Positions 21,624-34,800 of a DNA stretch of 64,000 nt are shown here, piece by piece. Within the stretch, counting starts at the first letter, position 1; each line of letters opens with the position of its first letter. Origin of the DNA: Fimbriosthenelais zetlandica (lineage: Eukaryota). The translations under genes and the position numbers were made by a program. The stretch lies in assembly GCA_977030845.1 (NCBI GenBank), contig OZ365112.1:24800001-24864000 (forward strand), written 5' to 3'. Under the pieces are notes generated by a model. The model did no database searches and was not told where the DNA came from. It saw only the letters and a program-made list of their open reading frames with translations.

Positions 21624-24600
21624 CTGTAATATAGAAAATAATAGGGAGGGAACCTGGTAGAGTGAATAATATGCGAAAGGAATTGTCACAGAAAAATGGA
21701 AAGTTAAACAAAGGAGGGAAGGTTTGAACAGCAGATATGAGGGCATGTTTTAGCTGCATTAACTGGGCTGTCTGGTGCTCGTTGGGGATCTGATAGGAAT
21801 GGCAGACCCAGCATGAGGGCTTCGTTAATTATCAGGCATAATTAATTATCTTGACCCCTCCACAGACAGGGGCTAACCGAGCGTTCACACACTCTAACGA
21901 ACATGCAAGTATCTATCAGCGTCCCTGGTCCAACCTACCAAACCAAATCTCAGCACCAAATTTTACTTTTCAGAAAGTGATCACACACAAACTGATAGAA
22001 AAACACCCAGGCTCAATATTCGAGACAAATTGTCACCAATAACATTTTACTAATTCAATTATAGAATCCAAACTACATACTCATATCATGCGAAAATATT
22101 CCGTTCATTTTAATTGGAATTAGTTTTTCGATTGGACGGGCATTTCTTAGGGCCATGCCCTTCTTTTGATCTCAGTCGGGGTCGGGTTTATCGTCTAATT
22201 AGCATACCAGACATCATAGGCGCTAGAGTTTAGTCATTATAGGGCCATATATGCACCCAGGGTATGTATGAGTGCGTGCGGAACCTTGCTATAAACAGAC
22301 ACACACATGTGTGGTATTCATAACCAATACAGTTCCCTCACCCACGTGGTGGTCATTACTTAGATTTAAGAAGGGAAAACGTGGAGAGGGCGGCCTCATA
22401 TAACGATTAAACGCTTCAAGCAGATTAAGCCTTATCTGACTCATCCCCCATTATCAGTTTAAACGAGGGGAGCCACAGGGAAGCCAACCGCCATCATATT
22501 AAACCAGATTTGTGGCCAAGAACAACGCCCGTCACAGTTTCCCGTCACTTTTGCATTGTTTGAAAAATGTCCGACTCTTTCCTAGTTTTCAAGCCAAATA
22601 TGGATCACATAAGACAGTTAAAATGTATGAATTCTCTATGGAGCAGTTGTTGCTGTTCAGGAGATTTGGTTTGCAAAGGAAAATACTTGCAGGGTGTCAT
22701 TGATTTTCATTGATATATTTGACGCGCCATCGCGTCAAGTTGAAGTTGACATGTCGCGTCACATTATTTCATAGAGCACAATATGATTATGTCATTTATC
22801 AATTCTAATCCAGTTTCCACAAACATATTTCATTTCAGATTTCAAAATATTTTGGGTACCATCGGAAGCGGAAATCAATGATTACAGTGATGTTATCCAC
22901 GACCTGCATGCCGACGCGCATGCCCATACGCAGCACCGGGGGTCGCCCAGCGTCCGACGCTCACCTATCCGTTTCCTGTCCAATTACTGAGAATTACCGA
23001 GAGCGTCCAAGCGTCATAATTAATAACCCAAGCCGGAGCAAGAGCTGCACCTGTCGGCGACGACAAACATGGCCATCTATTGTGTGTATCTGCCTCTCTC
23101 TTCTTCCCTTCATCCCCGACTCATCCCTCTGACCCCTGACCCGCCCAGCACCCCGCCTGACCCTCGGCACCCCTCCATATGCTCTGTTGCGCCTGGGTTC
23201 AAAAGCCAGCGGCATTGAGAGGCTGGGCCCACGACTTTGTTTCCCTGGCCCCGTAATGTTATCCCTCACCTTTCTAACCTCGGCCCACGCTCCCGGCAAT
23301 TAGCCTTGTCAGAGGTTGTCAGTTTTACAAACTTACAAATCCTTACTGAAATGTGATGAAATCATACACCGTTATCTGCAAACTAGAGGGCAGTGTGATG
23401 GGGGTGGTGTCTGGGGTTAAACGGCCTCCTAACACGAAGGCTGTGAGAACAGGTGTGCTGTATTCTATTCAAAAAGAGGAAAATAGATTCTGATTGCAGC
23501 TTTAATTTGCATCGCTTGTTACCGACTATTTCCCCATCATTCATTTCCTTTAGAATTCAGTCCATCCCCTCTTCAAAACAGAGCATCTCCTTTGCGTCCA
23601 TCAATAAGGAATGAGCAGAAATAGTTACTCTGTAACAAGTTCAAAGACGACTTGAAATAATGGAGAATAAATATTTGTTAAATTCGAATTGTAACAAAAG
23701 GCTGAGGAGTAAGCTTCAGTAACTTCACTACCTTCCACTCCAGTGGAGCCATTTACAGGGGGCGAACATCAAGGACCAATAACTGGAGGGTAGACTCCAT
23801 CCTGGGAGTGTATAGATAAAATCAAGGGTCATCTTCATATTCTGGTAACCATCACAGGTCACCAAGCCTTTTACTCCGATCAAACTGACCGTAGTTGACC
23901 ACCAGGACGCTACCAGAGGCCCCCACTGGCAATGAGTGGACCTCCTGTCTTCCCTCCCTCAGGCAACCAACGGCCACACTTTTAAGTTACAATTTGTGAA
24001 GTGATTCGGTGATAAGGGAAAGCCAGTTGTTCTGATTTGGTCCTCTCTGTATTGATAACTCTTTTGGAGAGTTTGAAAGGCCTGCAAGATTTCGGCCATC
24101 CTTTCGCTGTTGCAAGATATGTGTGTGTATTCCCGAGTAAACGTATGTATGTAATGGAGAATCGGGGGAAATAATAAGCAGATAGTTCAAAATAGCTTTA
24201 TCTAGAGCATTACGTGAAATAATACATGTTACTAGTATTCCATATGAAAAGAATGTTTCCAAGGAAAGGCTCCAGCCACAATTATGGTGTAATTGATTAC
24301 AACGATACATAACAAAGTTTAAAATTTGAGAGTTAAAAAGTGGAATAGGAGAGATAGACCTATTAAAGAAAAATGTGCCAAAAATTCGATTTGTTTCACA
24401 TTTGTATCGAATCACAGATTTATCCCTCTAACACTCATCGTGATTTTGAGCCGTAACAAAGAACTTGAACGGTGAATCCATGCATGAAAAACTAATGAGA
24501 AAAACACACAAGGATGCTGCGTCCAAATGACAGAGTCCACAAGGGCTTGAGGCAGTCTTCAGGCCAACTGCAGCGCCTCAGCTCTGGTCAGCCTTCTTGC

Positions 24601-27600
24601 CCTTTGTTGGATTGGTCCACTCTAGCAAGCAAGGGGGCGCCACCACCACCATCATCATCATAATCCCACACCCATTATAATCCCCCAGCCCTTCCTAGAC
24701 GGCCCATCTGATTGGTCAATATTTGATGATGAATTAAGTGAATCGATATTCATGAAACGTTATGGGGGAAACCAAGGTTGTGAATTGTGACGTGTATGGA
24801 CTGCTCCCAGGTGCAATGTGCCTTCCCCGGGCCGCCAAGTCCGGTCAATATTTAACTAGTCATTATATCGATTTAAATTCACAAGAACCAATTTTTGTTC
24901 ACTGGACTCGAGGTAAACAAGAGGACCTCTGGTAATACATCATTCAAATCTGGCGCCTTCAAACGTGACCCCGTGCTCTGTTTGTTGGCGTTGCTTACAG
25001 AAACTGGATGATATAAATCAAAAGGCACTTGAAAATGTTCCTATCTGCGTGGATCACACATTCCTACTCTTAAATCAAAACTTCATTCAAATGCACACCT
25101 TCATAAATCAGGGGAGCAAAAGAAAATTAGGTGGCGAATAAATTCTAACCATTGGATACGTCTTTTCAATACGTAAGTGATATGCGAAGAGTCCCTTCAA
25201 CTTTCTATTAATAAAACAAAAGGAAATGTATCTCTGAAATCATCAAAATCTTCTGATACAGCTAAGGTAATCGCAACCATCAAGCGATTAGTATGAAAAA
25301 CCTCATAATCTCGGTACAAGAATCAGTGCATAGGAATAGCCTTATGAACCGAATTTGATGCGGGGATGGGCGTTGGGGGGATGCATGGGGATGGGAGCTA
25401 TTCCTGCCCTGATTTGCAGACCACTGGTCGTCATCTCATTCCTCATGTCCATTCAAACTGACCGCACTGACCCTTGCCTAACATTAAACTCAAACCTTGT
25501 GGGTTCACACGGAGATCATCCAGCCAAACTGTGTCCTTTTGGTACCAGGTTTTAAATTATACTTGACAGGCACCAGTGTACACAAATGTTAGTCTTATTT
25601 CTGGTGACCGCACGCTGGTCCCAAAGATAATTGTCTGAAAGATTGCCATCAATTTATCACCCCAAGAGACCCTTTAAGAAGGGAAATGGCAAAATATGAA
25701 TCCAACTGTGACTTGTGTTTGTAAGCACACTGAAAGCCTTTCAAAAACTTAAAGTTGGCAAGGGCTTCCTGAAGGACACAGGACTCCAATGGAGAATTGG
25801 ATATTCTTAAAAGTATTCCAGCATTTAGAATCTTAGTGTAACAATGCATTTCTTTGTTACAGATACCGCTACAGTGATCGGTACCAGCTTTAATGAAGGA
25901 CAGAAACTAACCATGTCCACATCACGACTTCTTAACGCAATAATTCATCCGATCAGCTCTTTATGGTGCGAGGAATGGCTGACAAAATAGTTGTCTAACC
26001 CAGCATGAAGTGACCACCCGTACTAGCTGTGCCAAGCACCATCTATTCCTTATCTAACCGATATCATTACACACATAAAATGTGCCCTCCCTGACCCCTG
26101 GAGGAAACCAGAGTCTCCTAGCGGTGGGCCATCAAGGTTTTGCCCCTGATTGCATGGCCACGTGGACCTGAAGGGGCACACACCTCCCCCTCTAATTGTT
26201 TCCAGGATTGCTGCCAAATTTCTTCCATCCACCACCAATAATTTGCACGGTCAGCTACTGGTCAAGAGGAACATTGTACCATATGCGGCTGGTTCACATT
26301 CAGGGGTATGTAAGAACGGCACCAACTAGAGGTGAAATATTGCCAGGGGCCAAATATTTTCACCATCTTAACCACAATCGTTTCATTACTCACGAACAGA
26401 AAAATTGTTAATTGTAACGCGATTAAAATTATCAGCATAGAAAGTGCGTATAACATATCGAGATATAAAGTGCGCACATGTCACAATAATAATTATGTTT
26501 GCGTCGCGTCCTAATTTCCATTCAGCGTTCTGCAATTCCTGGTATAAGTGTATTTTCAGCACTAAAAGTCACAGACAAAAACATGGGACTGTCTAGGCAG
26601 GATCAGCTCGGTTTTCATCAATGTCAACTCATGCCCGCTGGTCGGAAAATGTCAGTCTTTGTCAGTCGGGGAATCAGTGAGGAGACATGTTCTCAATGTA
26701 GCAGGTATTGGATTTACCACAAACTCTGGTGTCAGGCACACACACAGTTCTAAGCCAGGAGGAACGGTTGTCATCCGCGACACCAGTCATTAATTGTGTC
26801 CTTTTTAACCTCAACTATACCTAAGCAACAGGGTTCATTTAATTCCCTAGCAACCAATAATTGCCTTCCATCCAGAGCGATGAAAAAAAAACACAAAAAG
26901 GAAAGTCTTTTAAAAAGTATTGTGTTCAAATGGACTCTTTTTCGTCAGGAAAAGATCTTTGAGCAATTGAGATTAGATTGCAGGATGTAAACTCTTTTTG
27001 GAGAAAAACTTTTGTTTTTACAGATGTACAAATTCAAAATTCGCAGCTGGTAGAGTTCTCTTGTTGACCAGTGATTGATTCGCAGCTATAAAACTGTCGC
27101 TATGGAATCACCATGCCTACCCTACCATAGCAACCCATCTCTATGCCCTCCCAGCGTCGCCATCTGCAGAAAGTATCCATAGCAACTGGCACGGAGCTCA
27201 ACAGTTTTGGAATCTACACCCTGAAATGTCAGCGATACGATACACAGCACCTCAAAGCAATTTTATTTTTTATCCTAGGCACACTTTAAGTTAATCCACC
27301 ATCATCTTTGAACAAATCTTTTGCAGTCTCGAGGCAATGAGAGTATTATATTTCATTTTCTTAATGAGAAAGGAGCAAAGCAGTTTAAAACTGAAACAGT
27401 ATCTTTTTATCAAATTTAAGGATTAGGGCTAACATCTTAGTAAAAGAGGTAGGCCTAAAAGAACAGGAAATTTGATAATAGACTATATATGTAAGGATTA
27501 GAGTGAGAGATTTTCGTTGGGCTGTGGATGTATAGGGCTACATCTGCCATGGTCGTTGGTAATCCTCATAATTACCGACTGCGGGATTCTAAAGGGTGTC

Positions 27601-28536
27601 ATGTCAGGAAGCAGAAGGTGATTTCTTTCATTATCAGCCCAAAAGGCATCAGCGCTGGTTTCATGCACCATTTCGGTACGTCAGAGGACTTAATCTGTCG
27701 CCAACACAGTCGCCAACCGTCGCATCCTTCTCATGCTTTACTTGCTTTTATCACCGGCGGGTGGCGACAGTGAGGTCTCCCTCTCCATCCTCGCGTTCTC
27801 TCCCTTCTCGCGTTGCCAGATGTTGCCTTGACAACCGATCGAATTACGCTACACTGCGACCCCATGACCTCAGGGTCAAAACAGCGGCGTTAGGGTTGCG
27901 ACCCCAGCCCTAGGGCTGTGTAGGGCCTTTCATGGTCCAATATGACGCTTGACCCGTACAGGGAAAGATGCTGGAATGGCCAACTCCCTTCTCAACACAG
28001 TGCTGGCCGAGACAAGGGGCGCTCCTAGTCCCAACACAAGGTCTTGGCCTCTGACCTCGGCCTCTTAATGGCAACAAAATGGCTACAATATGACGTACAA
28101 AACACACGCGCCCCGCGTAATGGATAAAGCCAGGCCGGTGAAAAACCCGACCACTTTTCACACCTAAAGGCGCGGGGGATGAAGGACGGGGGGAAGAGGG
28201 GAAGGGCACAGAGGGCCTGCCGTGCGGGGTCAGAAAGGTCGAGGCGAGGTGTGGGGTGCGATTGAAAGGGGTGAGCTCATCTTCCACGGGTCAAGTTAAA
28301 CATGTCAATTTTGATAAAAACATAACTCACCAAGCAGACAAATTACATGGACTCAAGCAAGGCGAGGCAATGATTGAGACGAGGGGTGCAGCTTTAAGTG
28401 CTTCACTCCATACAGTCTAATGGGCGACTAAAGCCAGGCAATGAAGAGGACTTTGATTGCTCTTGATGTGGGAAAAGAGTGAATGGATGCAATGTGCGAC
28501 CATTGCCTGTCATTCCAATTCAACATAATTCGCCAT

Positions 28537-28800
28537 CCAAGGTTGTGAATTGGATGCGACGCGTAGAAATTGGACGCGACGCGTAGAAATTGGACGCGAC
28601 CTTTTGAAATGAAGCGTCAAAATGCAGATACACAGTTTTGAAATTTGGATGCGAAGTGCTAATAGTTCGAGGCAACCTTCTGAAATTTGGACGCGACAAT
28701 CTGAAATTGTTCACAGATTTGCATACATCAGATTTCGCGACAATCCTGCGTCAAAAGACACAAGTTCCTGGTGCATGAAAATTGAAATGACGCGAAAAGA
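28537..28800 (+). repeat. Fragment of an interspersed repeat or non-autonomous DNA element with 20-bp internal tandem units
   Basis: (TTGGA(C/T)GCGACGCGTAGAAA) x2.5 at 28550-28600 and further AAATTTGGA(C/T)GCGA copies at ~28641 and ~28683. The left end CCAAGGTTGTGAATTG recurs exactly at 24772-24787. Confidence 0.55.
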
Positions 28801-31800
28801 ATATCACTTTTTTGTGGCGTGAAGAACATCTTCCTAATGCAGTTTTGACATGAGACCCTGGGGGATATTTTTCCCTCAAAAATAACATTTGAGGGGCAGT
28901 TATTTATGCATCCACAGCCAGAGGCTAAAATGTAGCTGTTAGATATTGTGAGTGGGGTTAGAAAATTGGCCACCTGTCCCCACCGAAGCTGTACAAATTA
29001 CAGCAATAATAAGCGGCCGGGTAAAAGGCACACGACACTGGCTCACGAATATTCTGTTTGTGGTCAGGCGGAGAGAGACAAAAGTTACTCTTCTCCCTCT
29101 CCCGTGACTGACCAGTGGCAGGTTTAGTCATCATCATTTGACTGTCTCTCTCTTTCTCCCCCTCCCCCATCTCTGCATGTGCATGCTGATGAATCATTTC
29201 GGTCACTTATCTCCGGCCATGCCGAATCCAAAGATCCACCCCCTCCCCACCACCCCCAAGGAACAGGAACCGTGTACTAAATTAAATATTATTTAACAGA
29301 ATATTTAAATCAAACATCAAATGTGAATCATATCAAATGCTTAATGCCATGAAATAGTCCTACCGTCTGTTTCTAGGTCTGACAGTTCTAGTTTAACTTC
29401 TTCATATTCCAGGCCTGGATCAAGGCCACTGATGGGATTGAATAGCATGGTCCAATTTGTGAAATAACCTCCTTTGAATAACCACAATTTAAGATCTGAG
29501 TTGGTTGCAGCCAGAGTCAAGACTGAAGACTGACCCCTTTTAAATTTTATAAAGGCAGGCAAAATGTTGTGAGAGTGTTTTCTAAGTTATATTCCAAGCA
29601 TTGGTAAGCATTGTCAGTTAAAAGCCAACAACCCCCAAAACAACGCGACAAGCAAAGCTACAAACAATGACCAAGCCGTGAAGGGAGAAGTTCCAAGCTT
29701 CGGGGCCTAACATTATTTTCAGTTTTAATTGCTAAACATATCATGTGAAGGGTGAGATCATCAATTGAATTGAACAAGGGATATGCACCACCTCTCTCAC
29801 TGGTCCTAACTTGACACGAATCTAGTGAATCGTGATGCCTTGTCAGTTATGATTGTCCATTAGTGTGTTGTGTCCATCCCAGGCTGCTAGAACAGCACCC
29901 TCCCCCTGCTCTCCCCCTCCCCACAATCTTTTCCCCAATGCGCACCCACATTGCCCCCTCCCCTCCCACCACTTATCCCCCTCTCAGATAGACTGATGAA
30001 ACACCTGAGAGTAGGTCTATTGTTTTTCACCTGTAATTCAACACTCCATCCCTATCAGTGGTCCACTCTCCTCACCACACTGCACAGACAGACCACTGCA
30101 AAATGGACACGCAATGCTCTCCCGTATCCCTCTACAACGGTCATGCACAACCAAGGCCAAAGACAAAGGGAATGGCTGGACATTGATGAAATGCCCATAA
30201 TTTTTAGAAGGGTTTACAGGGAATGAGAAGCATTATTTAAACGGTAAATTAAAGGATGAAATCGCTAGATTTCACCTATCATTGAATCCATTTAATTAAC
30301 ATTCAGATATTAAAACCACAATGAAGAGAAATACCTAATCTATTAGGAGATGTATTTCACCGATTGGTGTCATTCACAACTAGCAATGTTATCACCTAGC
30401 GACGCATGCCTAGTTGGAATCTAATCGCAATGACCATACAAGTGGACTCATTCATTCCATCTCCATCTCCTTTAATTCACCATACTGTACTGTGGTGAAA
30501 TTCCAAACGATAACGTCGCTATCACAATACAGGTACTCTGCCACCTCCCCCTCCCCCCTTTCATTACCGACATGGTCCTCATATTACAAGCTACCAAATA
30601 CAATATTCAATCTGCAGGTCGCACGAACTGTCTCAAATATCGCTCGAGCTTCTAACTGACATTGGTCAAGCCTAATCTTTCTCAACTGTTCTCTCCCTCC
30701 CCTCTGACGCTTTTCATTAATCTCCCATAAGCAATGATGCCCCCTCTTATTATCCATTCTTTGTAGGGTACTTATTTGTCTGTGCTTTGCTTAGCGTCTC
30801 TGTTATTAAGCCATTCGTGTGGCATCAGCGCCAGCTGTCCATTAAAAGCATTATATATCCCCAGCGTCCAGAACTGGAAATAATTCAGACTAAAATAAAA
30901 GTATTCTTGAATAACACTTACATGAATGACCCATGTTATATGTAACTTTTTATTCTATTTTTCTTTTTTAAATTTATTACATTAATTGGAATGTTTTTAT
31001 TGACAGGGCTTGCCAGGTAGGTACAACAGAAGGAAGGTATATATTTATGGGGGAGTGTACACCTCATGACCATCTCACAGCATATTGCGGTGCCTGTAAT
31101 CTCTCAGTCGCTGCAGCACCTGTTGCAGAGACTCGCCACAGACTGCTTCTTAGGAATTCTAACCTAACAGGAGGCTTAAATCAACTGTGTATCTGATAAC
31201 GACACGAAAGGAATTTGGGGATTTGGAACTGAAACAGTTCCACTTGCACATATATGCCAACATAGTTCTGTCATATTCATTGAAAAGAAACCCAATGTTT
31301 CCTCACGTCATTTTTTTTGAAAATTGCAATTCAAAAGCCCTTCAGAGTCTGTGATAGAAACAAGGGCCATATTTCTTGACATGGTCAGGCAGGAATAAAG
31401 GGCAATGCATTTCCATTCAATGTCCAGTACTCATTCATTCATGATGAGTACCTTATGTGGGTGCAGTGGTCAGTAGAAGAGCTTCCCCCTTTCTCTCTTC
31501 AAACTTAAATGGTTTCCATAGAGACAGAGCAGCGAGGAAACACCTCTAGGTAATTATAGGAAAGAGGGAGTGACCGCAGTGACCATTGTTTCCCTGTATT
31601 GTGCCTACAACCGTAAGTAAAGGAAGGGGTTGCGTTGTCTGGTGCGGTACTGGTCCAACCCAGTGGTACATTACCGTGAGGCAAAAATCTCCCACAAGGG
31701 CTTCACTCTGGCACCCTAATTATGTCCAGCCCCTCTGAGTCTTTTCTTCAGAGGGGGGTTCAAAAGCCAGCACCCCTGCTGACCACTCCTCTTAGCCACT

Positions 31801-34800
31801 AACCCCAGCTGTCGGCAGGCTTGGCATTTTTTACACTACACTGCCCTACAGGTGCCCCAGTCATTCCCAACATGTTCCGCCATTACCGGTGTCGCAAGAA
31901 TATTCACACTTCCGGCGAAGGGCTAAGGTTCCATGCTGCACATTCTCTTGATGCTACTTTCAAACACCGACCCTTGGGTGGTGAAGGGGGGGGGGGGGGG
32001 TGGTATAGGAATACAACCAGATGCAAGTATCATAGGTTTGGGATTTAGATGGCTTATCCCCACCACCCAACCTCTCCTGTGGGTCCAGGGCCAGTTGCCC
32101 CTGGGGTTAAGAGCCCATCAATAGGGCCTCCCTCCCCGATTTACATGGGTCACTTTTTCCCTGTGACAGCCCCTGGGGTACAAGATGTGAACCCTACAGA
32201 GAAGGTTCATAAGTTGGCCAACGCGCACGCGCCTTTTATGTAGGACCAGTGACATCTGCCCTTTCGGACGTAGGGGGTCAAAATGCCCGATGGCGTCTGA
32301 CAAGGACCTTTTTTTACATCCTCTCCAATGGCAAACAGAAAGTGACAGTCTAACCGTCGGTGAGGCCATCCGAGAGCTTAGAATGTAAAGGTGGCGCAAT
32401 TACTCCACTTACCCTCTTGTCCACTGGCTTTGGACAAATCAAGTTGAAGACCTAGGTTTGAAGTGACAGGGGACCTTGGGTCTTTAACTATTGCACCGAA
32501 AAGTTATAATTAACATCAAAATTCAGTCCCAATTGAAATAGAAATCCTGAATGGCATAATGCGAGAACAAATTGTTTTAGAAGCCAATTGTTCAGGATCC
32601 AATTGCCTCATTTCATGCTGTTAACGCTTTACATTCATCGAAGGTCTAAGCTCAAATAAAAGGGACCTAAAGGTCTTCACAGATAATACCCATAAAGCCT
32701 GAAGCATTATGATTTTGACAAGTTACTCAAGCAACAATAAGAGAGATATTAAATACCCACCCTGTCATCATTGCCATTGACCCTGAGGATTTCTGGGTGT
32801 GTACATTTAATCAAAACCTGACCCAAGGGTTACGGGCCCATCCCAGGTCCAAGCCCTGTCCCTATTGAAAGCAATGAAAAGTCCCTTACGGCCCATTACC
32901 AGAGTAGAAAGTAACCAGACTTGATGTTGATGAAAGTGTGTGTAATCCTCTGCCTTCTGACCGACCCCTGACCCTTCCTTACTTCAACAGCTTGAGAGGG
33001 CAAGCCTCTGCTTGACCCCTCAAATCAACACTCACACCCCTTCTCTGAGAGGCGGACACCCCATCCTGTCTATATTCCCCTCGCATCTAAAAAGAGCTAA
33101 AGGCAGATGTCTTGACACTTGTCCAGGGGAATAGTAGTTCTATGGTCAACAGCATCTGTTCAGGTAAAGCCCCTTTGATGGGGATAGGACTGGCACTCGC
33201 CGCTCCCTAAGGTGTGATGGTATCATGTTTTCTTAACACTTCAGTATATGACAAATTGCCATAGTAAGTTTCTACCTTAACGCAAAATCCTTTACCTTAA
33301 GATTAGGTTTATTTCATAACAAAATTGTACTGATTCGAAGCCATTACGATTTTTTTTACAGTAACAATTATATAGGTCGTTCAGTTTTCTACTTGTGCTT
33401 TAAATGGGATGTGAATATCCCAGGTGTTGGTGTTGTATTTTTGGTGGCAATGGTCATCCTGGTACTGGGTGTAAGGGGGGATGTAGCCTGTATAGTGTAT
33501 AGGGGTACACCTGTAGAGTCCGAGGTGACCATCTGTAACAGCCATGAGGCATTATCAGAAATTACCTTTCTAACAATCGCCATGACGGGCGTCATGGAGT
33601 GAGAGATATTCCACCTGCAGTTATTTCCACTGTCCTCTCCTCACCTCCAAGTCTGTGTCCATCTGCTACAACTCTGACCACTGACCACTGGTCATTTCTC
33701 AGCAGGATTTACATCGTGCACCACTAACATCAGGTCATATAAATGTCCCTTAATTGACCGGATTTGCATACGCGTGCACTTCCTTGCTGACATTTTTACT
33801 ATGCCTTATTACCCGAAAAAGATGTCGCCATTGTGCTTTTAAAGCAGTTTTTGTGGTCGTAATGACAATTGTCTCTAACTAAGTGACCATTGCTGATGAG
33901 GGGGTGGACTCGAGCAATAAATCTGACATTATAGACAACAAATGTGAATTATTCCAACTCACATAATAACCCCCTTCATCAGTCAGTAAAATATATCTAG
34001 GGTAGCAGCCAATCTAGAATGCAAATTTAGCTAGATTCCAGATGCTAATTCTCACCCTCAACCACTAGAAATTAAAGCAATAGTTCCGCCCACCTAGACG
34101 TTTCTATGACAAGAATTTTGCTCTTTTTGAAACAGCTTTGAGTACAGGACTAAGCATTCTGAACAGCATCCTATCAAATTATAAGTTGTAACGGGGTGAC
34201 AACACCTACAATCTTCGCTTATTTTATGTCCAACTCCGGATGTAGTTCCAACTGTCGGAACCTGGCCACACTGAGACATCTTTGTCGGTCCATATTGCAC
34301 CTGATAGTTATCAAGTCTTGGTACATACCATTCAAAGCCTCTGGGCGCTGACCTATGTTATCCCTTTTCCCCTCAACCCCCCAAGTTACAGCCTCCTACC
34401 TGACATTATAATGCCCAAAGCCCCCCAAGCTCATTATAACGAATTGTCCAACGAAATGACAAATGACGCTCACTCGGACAACGCCCCGCCCCCTCCATTC
34501 ACTGACCTGTATTTAAAGGTTTCCCTTTCTATTTTTTTGGAAACTGGAGGGCGTCTATAGGTGTGCCGTCTCGAGAGCTAGTTCAAAGGTGGCTAGCCTC
34601 TTATGGTGTGAGTGGCACATCTGTTGCAATGAATGTATAAGAAATAGTGCCCTCAGGCTAGGATATAAGCACGCTAACTTTCTCTTATGAATGGCTTAGA
34701 GAGATAACTTGAGAAGGGAGCAATGAGGGTCAAACCAATTAAGCAATGGTCATCACTGATGTAAAGCGAAGTCTTTTAAAAAGGGCGAGTCCTTGATTTG

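Noticed and set aside
31007-31016. Plus-strand 10-nt microexon-like ttttattgacag|GGCTTGCCAG|GTAGGT
   Set aside because: Isolated, with no partner plus-strand exons to support a nested gene.
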